A stretch of 64,000 nt of DNA from an uncultured Pelagibacteraceae bacterium (GCA_902517615.1 CABYCY010000004.1:18041-82040), one strand, 5' to 3'; counted from the stretch's first letter, positions 28,862 through 40,621 are shown. Translations and numbers: made by a program. The notes: generated from the sequence alone by a model not told the origin.

Positions 28862-29857
28862 ATGAACATAGCTATAATAGGTGCAACAGGTAACGTAGGT
28901 AGAAAAACTCTTGAAGTTTTTAATAAAAAAAACTTTAAGTTTGATGAACTACATCTCGTTGCGTCAGCAAAAAGTGCAGGAAAAAAAATTAAATTTAGAG
29001 ATAAAGATTATGAAATTGAAAATCTGGAAACCTATGATTTTTCAAAAGCTAATATAACCTTTTTTGCAGCAGGAGGAAAAATTGCAGAACAGTATGCTGC
29101 AAAAGCCGCCAAGCATACAACAGTAATCGATAATTCAAGTTATTTTAGAATGGATCCAGAGGTTCCTTTAATTGTTCCTCAAGTAAATGCAGCTGATATA
29201 AAAAATATGAAAAAAAATATTATTGCAAATCCTAACTGTTCTACTGCACAACTTGTTATCGTCCTTAAACCTTTGCATGATTTATTTAAAATAAAGAGAG
29301 TTGTAGTATCAACATATCAATCAGTTTCAGGTGGTGGTAAAAGTCCTATGGATGAATTAATTGAGCAGACCAAACAGCATTTAGAAGGAGAACAAATAGA
29401 GTCAAAAAATTTTACTAAACAAATTGCATTTAATGTTATTCCTCATATCGATGTTTTTGCTGATGATGGATATACAAAAGAAGAAATAAAAATGACAAAT
29501 GAAACAAAAAAAATTTTAGATGACAAAATCGAACTTACAGCAACATGTGTAAGAATTCCTGTATTAGTATCACATTCTGAAGCCGTAAACATAGAGTTTG
29601 AGAAACCATATAATTTAGAAAAAGTTAGAGAAGCTTTGAGTAATGCAGAAGGATGTGAGGTTATCGATAAGAGGGAAGATGGAGGTTATAGTACACCTCT
29701 TGAAGCAACAGGAAAAGATGAGACTTATATATCTAGAATTAGAGAGGACAAAACAAAAGAAAATTCTCTAAATTTATGGATAGTTTCAGATAATTTATTA
29801 AGAGGTGCTGCTTTAAACTCTGTAGAAATTGCAGAAACAATAATTAATTCTAAATAA
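28862..29857 (+). CDS. asd: Aspartate-semialdehyde dehydrogenase
   Basis: GATGNVG, IDNSSYFRM, ANPNCST, TYQSVSGGG, TCVRIPV, SDNLLRGAA. Confidence 0.96.
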   Translation: MNIAIIGATGNVGRKTLEVFNKKNFKFDELHLVASAKSAGKKIKFRDKDYEIENLETYDFSKANITFFAAGGKIAEQYAAKAAKHTTVIDNSSYFRMDPEVPLIVPQVNAADIKNMKKNIIANPNCSTAQLVIVLKPLHDLFKIKRVVVSTYQSVSGGGKSPMDELIEQTKQHLEGEQIESKNFTKQIAFNVIPHIDVFADDGYTKEEIKMTNETKKILDDKIELTATCVRIPVLVSHSEAVNIEFEKPYNLEKVREALSNAEGCEVIDKREDGGYSTPLEATGKDETYISRIREDKTKENSLNLWIVSDNLLRGAALNSVEIAETIINSK

Positions 29858-29861
29858 ATTA

Positions 29862-30242
29862 ATGGCAAATAAACCTTTATCGCCACATATACAAATTTAT
29901 AAATGGCATATCTCTTCTTTAGTATCTATCTCACATAGAATTACTGGAATAATAAATATATTAGCAATAACATTAATCTGTTTTTGGATTGCTCTAATTC
30001 TGCTTGGTGAAAGTAATTATGAGTTAATAAATTTTTTTTTACAGACTTTCATTGGAAAATTTATTTTAATTGGAATAACTTGGTCTTTTAGTTTTCAAAT
30101 GCTTAGTGAGATTAGACATTTAATTATGGATATGGGTTATGGTTTTGAATTACAAACAACAAAGATTACAGGATTGCTCGTTATTTTTGGTTCAATTATT
30201 TTAACAATATTAATTTACTTGTTTGGAAGAGGTATTATTTAA
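29862..30242 (+). CDS. sdhC: Succinate dehydrogenase cytochrome b556 subunit
   Basis: KPLSPHIQIY, SISHRITG, IRHLIMD; 3 TM; position before sdhD/A/B. Confidence 0.93.
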   Translation: MANKPLSPHIQIYKWHISSLVSISHRITGIINILAITLICFWIALILLGESNYELINFFLQTFIGKFILIGITWSFSFQMLSEIRHLIMDMGYGFELQTTKITGLLVIFGSIILTILIYLFGRGII

Positions 30243-30571
30243 TGCCTCCAGTTACAAAAAAATGGTTATTTCTGAAAATTAGTTCATTGATTTTGCTGCC
30301 ATTAATGTTTTGGTTTATAATAAATTTGGTGCATATTTACGATAAAAGTTATCAAGAGGTAGTTGTTTTTTTAACGACTCAACCATCTAAAATTTTAATA
30401 GGTTTATTTTTAGTTCTTGCTTATTTTTTTTCAGCATTAAGTATAAGTGAGGTTTTTGAGGACTATATTAAAGAAGAAAAAATCAAAAATGCCGCAAACA
30501 AAGCCCTTAATTTTTTTGCTATAATCATTCCAACAATTACAATTATTGTAATACTTAACTTAAACACATGA
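30242..30571 (+). CDS. sdhD: Succinate dehydrogenase hydrophobic anchor subunit
   Basis: 3 TM, EVFEDYI quinone-site motif, between sdhC and sdhA. Confidence 0.88.
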   Translation: MPPVTKKWLFLKISSLILLPLMFWFIINLVHIYDKSYQEVVVFLTTQPSKILIGLFLVLAYFFSALSISEVFEDYIKEEKIKNAANKALNFFAIIIPTITIIVILNLNT

Positions 30572-32343
30572 AAGCATATAATATTATAGATCATGAGTAC
30601 GACGTTGTTGTACTTGGAGCTGGAGGCTCTGGATTAAGGGCAGCCGTTGGACTTAGTGAGGCCGGTTTAAAAACCGCATGTATTTCAAAAGTATTTCCAA
30701 CAAGAAGTCATACATCAGCAGCACAAGGTGGTATTTCAGCTGCTCTTGGAAATATGGGAGAAGATGATTGGAGATGGCATATGTATGATACCGTTAAGGG
30801 AGCTGATTGGTTGGGAGACCAAGATAGTATTGAATATTTATGCAAGGAGGCACCTAAAGCTGTATTAGAGTTAGAGAAATATGGAGTTCCTTTTAGCAGA
30901 ACCGATGAAGGAAAAATTTATCAAAGACCATTCGGTGGAATGACAAAAAATTATGGAAATGGAATTGTTCAAAGAACATGTGCTGCAGCAGACAGAACTG
31001 GTCATGCAATTCTACATACTCTTTATGGGCAAGCATTAAAACATAATACAGAATTTTTTATAGAATACTTTGCTTTAGATTTATTAATGAAAAATGGTGA
31101 ATGCAAGGGGTTAATTGCTTGGAATTTAAATGATGGAACTATTCATAGATTTAGAGCGCATACTGTGATTATTGCAACAGGAGGTTATGGTAAAGTTTAT
31201 TATTCAGCAACTTCTGCTCATACTTGTACAGGTGATGGAAATGCCATGGTTTTAAGAGCTGGACTACCTTTGCAAGATATGGAATTTGTGCAATTTCATC
31301 CAACAGGTATTTATGGACACGGAACACTTATTTCTGAAGGTGTTAGAGGTGAAGGTGGATATTTGGTAAATGCTAAAGGTGAAAGATTCATGGAAAGATA
31401 CGCTCCTAATGCAAAAGATTTAGCCTCTAGAGATGTGGTAAGTAGATCAATGTCGATTGAAATTAACGAGGGAAGAGGGGTTGGTGAAGATAAAGATCAT
31501 GTTCATTTACATTTAAGCCATTTAGATAAAAGTGTAATTGAAAATCGATTACCAGGTATAACTGAGGCAGCAAGATTATTTGCAAATGTAGATGTAACTA
31601 AGGACCCAATTCCAGTAGTTCCAACAGTTCATTACAATATGGGAGGAATTCCAACAAATTATAAAGCAGAAGTATTAACTGTAAATGGTTCAGAAAAAAC
31701 AGTCCCAGGTTTAATGGCAATTGGTGAAGCAGCATGTGTTTCTGTTCATGGAGCCAATAGACTAGGCTCGAATTCATTAATTGATCTAGTTGTGTTTGGA
31801 AGAGCAGCAGCAAAAAGAGCAGCTGAATTAGTAAAACCTGGAACACCTCATGAAGAGGTTCCTGAGTCTGAGACACAAAAATGTCTAGATAGATTTGATA
31901 AATTAAGAAATGCTGAGGGCAGCAATAGCACTGCAGAACTAAGACTTTCAATGCAAAAAACAATGCAATCAAAGTGTGCAGTATTTAGAACTGAAAAGAA
32001 TCTTAAAGAAGGTGTTGATGAAATTAGAAAAACTTACGATGGAATGGAATCAATTTCTGTTAAGGATAGATCTTTAGTTTTTAATACTGATTTGGTTGAA
32101 ACATTGGAATTTGATAATTTAATAAGACAAGCAGTAACGACTGTAGACTCAGCATATCATAGAAAAGAAAGTAGAGGTGCCCATGCCAGGGAAGATTATC
32201 CGAAAAGGGATGATGAAAAATTTATGCAACATACCCTTGCTTGGTGTGATGGAAAAAATACAAAAATAAAATACAGAGAAGTTCACAAATCAACCCTCAC
32301 AAACGAAGTTCAATATTTCCCACCTCAAGAAAGAGTCTATTAA
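30568..32343 (+). CDS. sdhA: Succinate dehydrogenase flavoprotein
   Basis: [16 protein letters not shown] (FAD-His), [33 protein letters not shown]. Confidence 0.98.
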   Translation: MKAYNIIDHEYDVVVLGAGGSGLRAAVGLSEAGLKTACISKVFPTRSHTSAAQGGISAALGNMGEDDWRWHMYDTVKGADWLGDQDSIEYLCKEAPKAVLELEKYGVPFSRTDEGKIYQRPFGGMTKNYGNGIVQRTCAAADRTGHAILHTLYGQALKHNTEFFIEYFALDLLMKNGECKGLIAWNLNDGTIHRFRAHTVIIATGGYGKVYYSATSAHTCTGDGNAMVLRAGLPLQDMEFVQFHPTGIYGHGTLISEGVRGEGGYLVNAKGERFMERYAPNAKDLASRDVVSRSMSIEINEGRGVGEDKDHVHLHLSHLDKSVIENRLPGITEAARLFANVDVTKDPIPVVPTVHYNMGGIPTNYKAEVLTVNGSEKTVPGLMAIGEAACVSVHGANRLGSNSLIDLVVFGRAAAKRAAELVKPGTPHEEVPESETQKCLDRFDKLRNAEGSNSTAELRLSMQKTMQSKCAVFRTEKNLKEGVDEIRKTYDGMESISVKDRSLVFNTDLVETLEFDNLIRQAVTTVDSAYHRKESRGAHAREDYPKRDDEKFMQHTLAWCDGKNTKIKYREVHKSTLTNEVQYFPPQERVY

Positions 32344-33122
32344 TGGTTCAAATAAGTTTACCTAAAAACTCAGAGGTTAAAAAAGGTAAGTACTTTAAGG
32401 ATAAAACTGGTTCAAAAAATCTAAAAAAAGTGAATGTTTACAGATGGGATCCATCGACTGAGGAGAATCCTAGAATAGATACGTATGAAGTTGATATGGA
32501 TAATTGTCCCTCAAAAGTTTTAGATATTTTAAATAAAATTAAAAACGAAATTGATCCTACAATAGCTTATAGAAGATCTTGTGCTCATGGTGTTTGTGGT
32601 TCTTGTGCTATGAATATGGGAGGTAAAAATGGACTTGCTTGTACAACTCCACATGCAGAAATAGATGGAGATATTGATATTTATCCACTACCACATTTAA
32701 AAGTAAAGAGAGATCTTATTGGGGATTTAGATGGTTTGTATAAACAATATCAATCAATTGAACCTTGGTTAAAAAATAACTCTACAAAACAAACTACTGA
32801 AATTTACCAGTCAAAAGAAGACAGGGCAAAACTAGATGGTGCCTATGAATGTATTATGTGCGCTTGTTGTTCTACATCATGCCCGAGTTATTGGTGGAAT
32901 GGAGATAAGTACTTAGGACCAGCAGTGCTCTTACAAGCTTATAGATGGATTGTAGATAGTAGAGATGAAGAAAGGAAAGCAAGATTAAAAAAAGTTGCTG
33001 ATGAATTAAAACTTTACAGATGTCATACTATTTTAAATTGTACAAATGCATGTCCTAAAGGCTTGAATCCTGCAAAAGCTATAGCTGAAATAAAAAAAAT
33101 GCTCGCAATGACTAATCTTTAA
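32343..33122 (+). CDS. sdhB: Succinate dehydrogenase iron-sulfur subunit
   Basis: [38 protein letters not shown]. Confidence 0.98.
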   Translation: MVQISLPKNSEVKKGKYFKDKTGSKNLKKVNVYRWDPSTEENPRIDTYEVDMDNCPSKVLDILNKIKNEIDPTIAYRRSCAHGVCGSCAMNMGGKNGLACTTPHAEIDGDIDIYPLPHLKVKRDLIGDLDGLYKQYQSIEPWLKNNSTKQTTEIYQSKEDRAKLDGAYECIMCACCSTSCPSYWWNGDKYLGPAVLLQAYRWIVDSRDEERKARLKKVADELKLYRCHTILNCTNACPKGLNPAKAIAEIKKMLAMTNL

Positions 33123-33161
33123 ATAGACTATTTATCAATTTTGATCTAAAACACCGTATTC

Positions 33162-34655
33162 ATGAATTTAATAGAGCATTTCGTAAACGGAAAAATAAAT
33201 CCGGGATCCTCAGATAAAAAAGCGAAAGTATTCAATCCAGCAACTGGAGATCAGGAATCAGAAGTAAGACTGGCTACAAAATCTGATCTAGATAATGCAG
33301 TTGCAATAGCAAAGAAAGCATTTGAAACTTGGTCTTTAAAACCAGCTCTCCAAAGAGCAAGAGTAATATTTAAGTTTAAGGAATTGATAGAAAGAAATTC
33401 TGATGAACTTACAAAAATGATAGTTTCTGAGCATGGTAAAGTTTATGAGGATGCAAGAGGTTCATTAACAAGAGGACTTGAAGTAGTAGAGTTTGCATGT
33501 GGAATCCCACATTTATTAAAAGGTGAATTTTCTGAAAATGTAGGAACAAATGTTGACAGTTGGTCGATTAGACAACCATTAGGCGTTGTTGCAGGTATTA
33601 CTCCATTTAATTTTCCAGCGATGGTTCCAATGTGGATGTTTCCAATAGCAATAGCTTGTGGAAACACATTTATTCTTAAACCTTCAGAAAAGGATCCGTC
33701 GTGTGCGATAAAATTGGCTGAATTACTTTCTGAGGCTGGCCTTCCTGATGGAGTTTTTAATGTAGTAAATGGAGATAAAGAAGCAGTTGATGCAATTTTA
33801 GAAAACAAAGATATTAAAGCTGTAAGTTTTGTTGGATCAACACCTATTGCTAAATATATTTATGAAAATTCTGCAAAAAATGAAAAAAGAGTGCAAGCTC
33901 TAGGAGGAGCCAAAAATCATTTGGTTGTAATGCCAGATTGTGATTTAGATGGTGCAGTTAATGGTTTAATGGGCGCAGCATATGGTTCAGCTGGAGAAAG
34001 ATGTATGGCTCAATCAGTTGCAGTTGCAGTTGGAGATATTGGAGACGAACTTGTAGCTAGATTATCAAAAAAAGCAGAAGCTTTAAAAGTAGGTCCAGGT
34101 ATGGATAAAACCTCTGAAATGGGACCCTTGGTTACAAAAGAACATTTAGAAAAAGTAAAAAGCTATGTTGATTTAGGTGTTCAAGAGGGAGCTAAGCTAG
34201 TAGTTGATGGAAGAAATTTAAAACTTCAAGGTTATGAAAATGGTTTCTATATAGGTGGCTGCTTATTTGATCATGTAAACAAAGATATGAAAATTTACAA
34301 AGAAGAAATATTTGGTCCAGTTTTATCAGTCGTGAGAGTTAAAACTTTTGAGGATGCTGCAAAGTTGATTAATGATCATGAATATGGAAATGGTGTAAGT
34401 ATTTATACAAGAGATGGTGACGCGGGCAGAACTTTTGCAAGTAAAATTCAAATAGGAATGGTAGGAATAAATGTACCAATTCCTGTACCAATGGCTTTTC
34501 ATAGTTTTGGTGGATGGAAAAGATCTTTATTTGGAGATAGTGGGATGCATGGCATGGAAGGAATAAAATTTTATACTAAACTTAAAACAGTAACATCTAG
34601 ATGGCCTTCTGGTGTCCGTTCAAATGCAGAATTTGTAATGCCAACAATGAAATAA
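33162..34655 (+). CDS. mmsA: CoA-acylating (methyl)malonate-semialdehyde dehydrogenase
   Basis: ITPFNFPAMVPMWM, KPSEKDP, SFVGSTP, GGAKNH, YGSAGERCMA, EEIFGPV, FGGWKRS. Confidence 0.93.
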   Translation: MNLIEHFVNGKINPGSSDKKAKVFNPATGDQESEVRLATKSDLDNAVAIAKKAFETWSLKPALQRARVIFKFKELIERNSDELTKMIVSEHGKVYEDARGSLTRGLEVVEFACGIPHLLKGEFSENVGTNVDSWSIRQPLGVVAGITPFNFPAMVPMWMFPIAIACGNTFILKPSEKDPSCAIKLAELLSEAGLPDGVFNVVNGDKEAVDAILENKDIKAVSFVGSTPIAKYIYENSAKNEKRVQALGGAKNHLVVMPDCDLDGAVNGLMGAAYGSAGERCMAQSVAVAVGDIGDELVARLSKKAEALKVGPGMDKTSEMGPLVTKEHLEKVKSYVDLGVQEGAKLVVDGRNLKLQGYENGFYIGGCLFDHVNKDMKIYKEEIFGPVLSVVRVKTFEDAAKLINDHEYGNGVSIYTRDGDAGRTFASKIQIGMVGINVPIPVPMAFHSFGGWKRSLFGDSGMHGMEGIKFYTKLKTVTSRWPSGVRSNAEFVMPTMK

Positions 34656-34664
34656 GGAAAATAA

Positions 34665-35627
34665 ATGTCAAAAATATCTTTAATTGGTGCAGGCCAGATA
34701 GGTGGAACTCTTGCACATTTAATAGGAACAAAAGAATTAGTTAATGATGTAGTTTTATTTGATATAGCAAGTGGTATTGCAAAAGGAAAAGCATTAGATA
34801 TTGCACAATCATCATCTGTAGATGGTTTTAATGTAAAATTTTCTGGAACTGATAATTATAAAGATATTAAAGACTCAGATGTAATAATTATCACCGCAGG
34901 TGTCCCAAGAAAACCAGGAATGAGCAGAGACGATTTGCTGGGAATTAATTTAAAAATAATCAAACAGGTTGCGGAAGGAGTGAAGAAAAATGCTCCAAAT
35001 TCTTTTGTTATTTGTATAACAAATCCTTTGGACGTCATGGTTATGGCATTTCAAAAATTTTCAGGTTTACCAGCAAATAAGGTTGTTGGAATGGCAGGTA
35101 TTTTAGATAGTTCAAGATTTAAATTATTTTTATCATTAGAGCTAAATGTGCCAGTTAGCGAAATTGAAGCAATGGTAATGGGTGGTCATGGTGACACTAT
35201 GGTTCCAATGCCAAGATTTACAAAAATTTTAGGAAAGCCACTGCTAGATTTAGTCAAAGAAGGAAAGATATCTCAAGAGAGAATAGAAGAAATTAATCAG
35301 AGAACCAGAGATGGAGGTGCAGAAATAGTTAAATACTTAGAAAAAGGTTCTGCATTTTATGCTCCAGCAGCTTCAGGCGTTCAAATGGCAGAAGCATATT
35401 TAAATGATGAAAAAAAATTATTACCTTGCGCGGTTCAGTTGAGTGGACAGTATGGGGTTGAAAATGTTTATGCAGGTGTCCCTGTAATAATAGGAAAAGA
35501 TGGAGTTGAAAAAATTGAGGAAATTAATTTAGATGAAAAAGAGAAAAAAGAATTTATGCATTCTATAGATGCAGTTAAAGCTCTTTGGGAAGCTGCATCT
35601 AAAATTGATCCTGATCTTTTTAAGTAA
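34665..35627 (+). CDS. mdh: Malate dehydrogenase (LDH-like)
   Basis: [48 protein letters not shown]. Confidence 0.97.
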   Translation: MSKISLIGAGQIGGTLAHLIGTKELVNDVVLFDIASGIAKGKALDIAQSSSVDGFNVKFSGTDNYKDIKDSDVIIITAGVPRKPGMSRDDLLGINLKIIKQVAEGVKKNAPNSFVICITNPLDVMVMAFQKFSGLPANKVVGMAGILDSSRFKLFLSLELNVPVSEIEAMVMGGHGDTMVPMPRFTKILGKPLLDLVKEGKISQERIEEINQRTRDGGAEIVKYLEKGSAFYAPAASGVQMAEAYLNDEKKLLPCAVQLSGQYGVENVYAGVPVIIGKDGVEKIEEINLDEKEKKEFMHSIDAVKALWEAASKIDPDLFK

Positions 35628-35629
35628 TA

Positions 35630-36790
35630 ATGAATATTCACGAGCATCAAGCTAAACAAATCCTAAAAAAATATGGCGCAGTAGTACCAGAAGGTATTTT
35701 TGCATTAAATGTAAAAGAACTAATTGAAAAGGCAAAATCACTTAAAACAGAAAAGTATGTTTTAAAAGCTCAAATTCATGCTGGTGGCAGAGGTAAAGCT
35801 GGTGGAGTAAAAATTTTAGATACAATTGAGGAATTAGGCAAAGCAGCTGAGAATTTATTAGGTAAAACACTGGTTACACATCAAACAGGCCCTGATGGAA
35901 GAGAAGTAAAACGACTATATGTAGAGGAGTCTTCTAATATTGATAAGGAGTTTTATCTATCATGCTTAGTAGATAGAGCGAGTTCTAAAATTGCTTTCAT
36001 ATCAAGTGATCAAGGCGGAATGGATATTGAAGAAGTTGCGAGTGATAATCCTGAAAAAATTATAAAAACCAAAGTTGATATTAATGATGAAATATCTGAC
36101 TCTGATTGTGAAAAAATAATTAAAATATTTAATTTAAATGATAATGCTCAAAAACAAGCGTTATTATTAATTAAATCTATCTATAAAATGTTTGTTAGCA
36201 CAGATGCTAATATGGTTGAGGTAAACCCACTAATATTAACTAAAGAAGAAAAAATTGTTTGTTTAGATGCAAAAGTAAATTTTGATTCTAATGCTTTATT
36301 TAGGCATCCAGAAATAATTGAGCTGAGAGACTTAAATGAAGAAGACTCAACTGAAATAGAAGCTAGTAAACATGATCTTTCTTATATTAAATTGGATGGA
36401 AGTATTGGATGTATGGTCAATGGAGCGGGATTAGCTATGGCAACAATGGATATTATTAAGTTGTATGGAAAAGAGCCAGCTAATTTTTTGGATGTTGGTG
36501 GAGGCGCATCTAAAGAAAAAGTCTCAGCAGCTTTAAAAATTATTCTTTCTGATAAAAATGTTAAAGGAATTTTGATTAATATTTTTGGTGGAATTATGAG
36601 ATGTGATGTTCTTGCACAAGGAGTTGTTGAAGCAGCTAAAGAAATTAATATCAACGTACCTTTAGTTGTAAGACTTGCAGGAACAAACTTTAAAGAAGGA
36701 AAAGAAATACTAGATAACTCTGGACTAAAATTAATTTCTGCCGAAAATTTAGATGATGCTGCTAAAAAAATTGTTGAGGTTATAAAATAA
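35630..36790 (+). CDS. sucC: Succinyl-CoA ligase beta subunit
   Basis: [51 protein letters not shown]. Confidence 0.98.
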   Translation: MNIHEHQAKQILKKYGAVVPEGIFALNVKELIEKAKSLKTEKYVLKAQIHAGGRGKAGGVKILDTIEELGKAAENLLGKTLVTHQTGPDGREVKRLYVEESSNIDKEFYLSCLVDRASSKIAFISSDQGGMDIEEVASDNPEKIIKTKVDINDEISDSDCEKIIKIFNLNDNAQKQALLLIKSIYKMFVSTDANMVEVNPLILTKEEKIVCLDAKVNFDSNALFRHPEIIELRDLNEEDSTEIEASKHDLSYIKLDGSIGCMVNGAGLAMATMDIIKLYGKEPANFLDVGGGASKEKVSAALKIILSDKNVKGILINIFGGIMRCDVLAQGVVEAAKEININVPLVVRLAGTNFKEGKEILDNSGLKLISAENLDDAAKKIVEVIK

Positions 36791-37665
36791 TGTCAGTATT
36801 AGTTAATAAAAATACAAAAGTAATTTGCCAAGGATTTACAGGATCCCACGGAACTTTTCATTCTGAGCAAGCTATAAAATATGGAACAAATTTAGTTGGC
36901 GGTGTTACACCTAATAAAGGTGGTCAAAAACATTTAGATAGACCAGTTTTTAATAGTGTAACCCAGGCAAAAAACGAAGTAGGGGCAGATGCAACTATGA
37001 TTTATGTTCCAGCAAAATTTGCTGCTGCTGCAATCATTGAAGCAATCGATGCTTCAATCGAACTTATTGTTTGTATTACTGAGGGAATACCTATTCAAGA
37101 TATGCTTAAAGTTAGGCAAAAATTAAATGGTTCTAAAAGTAGATTAATCGGACCTAACTGCCCAGGAATTATTACTCCAGATGAATGCAAAATTGGAATT
37201 ATGCCAGGTAATATCCATAAAAGAGGAAGTGTTGGTATTGTTTCAAGATCAGGTACGTTAACGTATGAAGCTGTTGCTCAAACAACAGAAAATGGACTTG
37301 GGCAATCTACTTGTATTGGAATTGGTGGTGATCCCATAAACGGAACAAATTTTATAGATTGTTTGGATTTGTTTTTAAATGATGATGAAACACAATCTAT
37401 TTTAATGATAGGAGAAATAGGAGGAACCGCTGAGGAAGAAGCTGCAGAATTTGTAAAAAATCATAAAATTAAAAAACCTATAGTTGGATTTATTGCAGGA
37501 ATTACTGCTCCTCCAGGAAGAAGAATGGGGCATGCCGGTGCAATAATTTCAGGTGGAAAAGGTGGCGCTCAAGATAAAATTAAAATAATGGAGGAATGTG
37601 GCATTACAGTCGCTAAATCACCATCAATAATTGGCAAAACTTTATTTAATAAACTGTCTAATTGA
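36790..37665 (+). CDS. sucD: Succinyl-CoA ligase alpha subunit
   Basis: [33 protein letters not shown]. Confidence 0.98.
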   Translation: MSVLVNKNTKVICQGFTGSHGTFHSEQAIKYGTNLVGGVTPNKGGQKHLDRPVFNSVTQAKNEVGADATMIYVPAKFAAAAIIEAIDASIELIVCITEGIPIQDMLKVRQKLNGSKSRLIGPNCPGIITPDECKIGIMPGNIHKRGSVGIVSRSGTLTYEAVAQTTENGLGQSTCIGIGGDPINGTNFIDCLDLFLNDDETQSILMIGEIGGTAEEEAAEFVKNHKIKKPIVGFIAGITAPPGRRMGHAGAIISGGKGGAQDKIKIMEECGITVAKSPSIIGKTLFNKLSN

Positions 37666-37702
37666 AAAATAATATTAGGGTTATATATTAAATAAAATAA
37701 AG

Positions 37703-40621
37703 ATGTCTTCATTAAAAAATCTTGAATTCGAAAAAACTTCATTTTTAAATAAGTCTAATAGTGCATTTATTGAGCAAATGTATTTAAAGTTTGTTAATAA
37801 AGATGTAGATCTCCCTGAAAGTTGGGCAAATTATTTTGAAGGAATTGGTGAAGAAATAAATGTAATTGCAAATGAAATTAATGGTCCTTCTTGGGGTCCA
37901 ACAAAAAATAAAATTAATATTGATGAATTGCAAAAGAAAATTGAAGAAGAAGATAAGAATAATTTTTCTAATAATAAAGTTGATACATCTGAAAAATTTA
38001 ATTTTCAATTACTGGCGGATTCAAATAAAGACTCAATAAGTGCAGTTGCCTTAATTAGAGCTTACAGGCTTAGAGGTCATTTATTGGCAGACCTTGACCC
38101 TTTAGAGATGAGAGAGTCTGAATATTTAGATGAACTTCATCCTGAGTTTTATGGTTTTAAAAAGGAAAATTATGATAAGAAAATTTTTCTTAATGGAGTA
38201 ATTAATCGTAATTACGCAAATATAAGAGAAATACTTAAATTCATGAAAAAAACCTATTGTGGAAAAATAGGTTATGAGTTTATGCATATTTCAAATCCAG
38301 TAGAAAGAAAATGGTTTAGAGACAGAATTGAGCAAGACAAAAATGCACTTCAATTTACAAAAAATGGAAAAGAAGCAATTTTAAATAAATTAGTTCAAGC
38401 AGAAGGTTTTGAAAAATTTTTAGCTACCAAATATGTTGGAACAAAAAGATTTGGTTTAGATGGTGGCGAAAGTTTAATTCCAGCTCTTGAGCAAATAATT
38501 AAAATTGGTGGTCAAAATGAAATTAAAGAAGTTAAAATTGGAATGTCACACAGAGGTAGACTGAATGTTTTGGCAAATGTATTACAAAAATCCTATAAAA
38601 GAATATTTAATGAATTCGCAGGTGAAATTAATTCAGATAAAGAAGATGGTGCTGGAGATGTAAAATATCATCTTGGTGCATCATCTGATAGAGAGTTTGA
38701 TGGTAATTCTGTTCATGTAAGTTTAACTGATAATCCTTCTCATTTAGAAGCTGTTAACCCAGTTGTTTTAGGACAGACAAGGGCAAAACAGTTTTTCCAT
38801 AAAGACAAAGAAAGAAATAAAGTTATTCCAATTTTAATTCATGGTGATGCAGCCTTTGCAGGACAAGGGGTTGTGGCAGAGTGTTTTGCTATGTCTGGAC
38901 TACCTGGCCACAACACTGGTGGTACTATTCATATAATAGTTAATAATCAGATTGGTTTTACGACAAGTCCTAGATTTGCTAGATCTTCGCCTTATCCATC
39001 AGACGTTGCAAAAATGGTTGAGGCTCCAATATTACATGTTAATGGTGATGACCCAGAAGCAGTTGTTTATGGGACCAGAATTGCTACAGAATTTAGATTA
39101 AAGTTTAACAGAGACGTTGTTGTAGATTTAATTTGTTATAGACGGTTCGGACACAATGAAGGAGATGAGCCTTCCTTCACGCAACCTTTAATGTATAAAA
39201 AAATCAGATCTCATCCAGGTGTCTATAAAATTTATGGTAATAAGCTTGTTAATGAACAATCTATTACCCAAGATTTATTAAACCAAAATGTAAAGACATT
39301 TAAAGAACTATTAGATGAACAGTATAAAAGTGCAAAAGATTATAAGCCAAAAATTGAGTGGTTCGAAGGAACTTGGTCAAGATATAAACCAGAAAAAGGA
39401 AAAGATAAAAGAGGAGTAACTGGTTTTAATGAGAAAAAACTAAAAGATATATCTGATAAGATAAACTCAATTCCTCCAGATAAAAATATTCATAAGACTA
39501 TTTCTAAAATTTTTAATTCAAGAAAGGATAGTATAGAAAAAGGTGTTGGAATTGATTGGTCATCTGCAGAAGCTCTTGCTTTTGGATCTTTGTTAGAAGA
39601 AGGCTATCCAGTAAGACTTGTAGGGCAAGATTCAGGAAGAGGAACATTTAGTCAAAGACATTCTGTGTTAAGAAATCAGGTTGATAATTCTAGATATATT
39701 CCACTCAACAATATTTCAAAAAATCAAAAACAATTTGAAGTAGTCGATAGCTTTTTATCAGAACTTGCAGTTTTAGGTTTTGAGTATGGATATAGTTTGG
39801 TAGAACCAAATACGCTTACTTTGTGGGAAGCTCAATTTGGAGATTTTGCTAACGGAGCTCAAGTAGTAATTGATCAGTTTATTGCCTCTGGAGAAAGAAA
39901 ATGGAGTAGAGCTTCAGGAATAGTAATGTTGTTACCACATGGTTATGAAGGTCAAGGACCAGAACATTCATCAGCTAGGTTAGAGAGATTTTTACAGTTA
40001 TGTTCTAATGACAATATGCAAGTAATGAATTGCACAACTCCTGCAAATTATTTTCATGCTTTGAGAAGACAAATGCATAGAGATTTTAGAAAGCCTTTAA
40101 TTATAATGACACCCAAGTCTTTGTTAAGAAATAAATATTGTGTTTCTTACCTTGAAGATTTTAATAAAAATAATTCTTTTCATAGAATATTGTGGGATCA
40201 CGCTATAGATCCAAAGTCTAAAGGATTTGTTAAACTAAAAGAGAGTTCTAAAATTAAAAAAGTAATACTTTGTTCTGGTAAAGTATATTTTGATTTATTA
40301 GATGCCAGAGAAAAGCTTCAAAGAGATGACGTGGTATTTTTTAGAATAGAGCAACTTTACCCATTTCCAGCTAAAGCGTTATTTAATGAACTAAAACCAT
40401 ATGCTAATAACGCTGAATTTTTCTGGTGCCAAGAAGAACCTAAAAATATGGGTGCCTGGTTTTCAGTTAGGGATTATATCCAATGGACATTAGATGCTTT
40501 AAAGGCTAAAAATAACAAAATTTCTTATATAGGAAGAAGCCCAGATGCAACACCGGCTACAGGATATGCTCAAAGGCACAATTCTCAACAACAAGAAATA
40601 ATTAATAAGGTTTTTAAATAA
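37703..40621 (+). CDS. sucA: 2-oxoglutarate dehydrogenase E1
   Basis: KRFGLDG, GMSHRGRLN, GDVKYHLG, HGDAAFAGQG, GQDSGRGTFSQRH, WEAQFGDF, EGQGPEHSS. Confidence 0.98.
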   Translation: MSSLKNLEFEKTSFLNKSNSAFIEQMYLKFVNKDVDLPESWANYFEGIGEEINVIANEINGPSWGPTKNKINIDELQKKIEEEDKNNFSNNKVDTSEKFNFQLLADSNKDSISAVALIRAYRLRGHLLADLDPLEMRESEYLDELHPEFYGFKKENYDKKIFLNGVINRNYANIREILKFMKKTYCGKIGYEFMHISNPVERKWFRDRIEQDKNALQFTKNGKEAILNKLVQAEGFEKFLATKYVGTKRFGLDGGESLIPALEQIIKIGGQNEIKEVKIGMSHRGRLNVLANVLQKSYKRIFNEFAGEINSDKEDGAGDVKYHLGASSDREFDGNSVHVSLTDNPSHLEAVNPVVLGQTRAKQFFHKDKERNKVIPILIHGDAAFAGQGVVAECFAMSGLPGHNTGGTIHIIVNNQIGFTTSPRFARSSPYPSDVAKMVEAPILHVNGDDPEAVVYGTRIATEFRLKFNRDVVVDLICYRRFGHNEGDEPSFTQPLMYKKIRSHPGVYKIYGNKLVNEQSITQDLLNQNVKTFKELLDEQYKSAKDYKPKIEWFEGTWSRYKPEKGKDKRGVTGFNEKKLKDISDKINSIPPDKNIHKTISKIFNSRKDSIEKGVGIDWSSAEALAFGSLLEEGYPVRLVGQDSGRGTFSQRHSVLRNQVDNSRYIPLNNISKNQKQFEVVDSFLSELAVLGFEYGYSLVEPNTLTLWEAQFGDFANGAQVVIDQFIASGERKWSRASGIVMLLPHGYEGQGPEHSSARLERFLQLCSNDNMQVMNCTTPANYFHALRRQMHRDFRKPLIIMTPKSLLRNKYCVSYLEDFNKNNSFHRILWDHAIDPKSKGFVKLKESSKIKKVILCSGKVYFDLLDAREKLQRDDVVFFRIEQLYPFPAKALFNELKPYANNAEFFWCQEEPKNMGAWFSVRDYIQWTLDALKAKNNKISYIGRSPDATPATGYAQRHNSQQQEIINKVFK

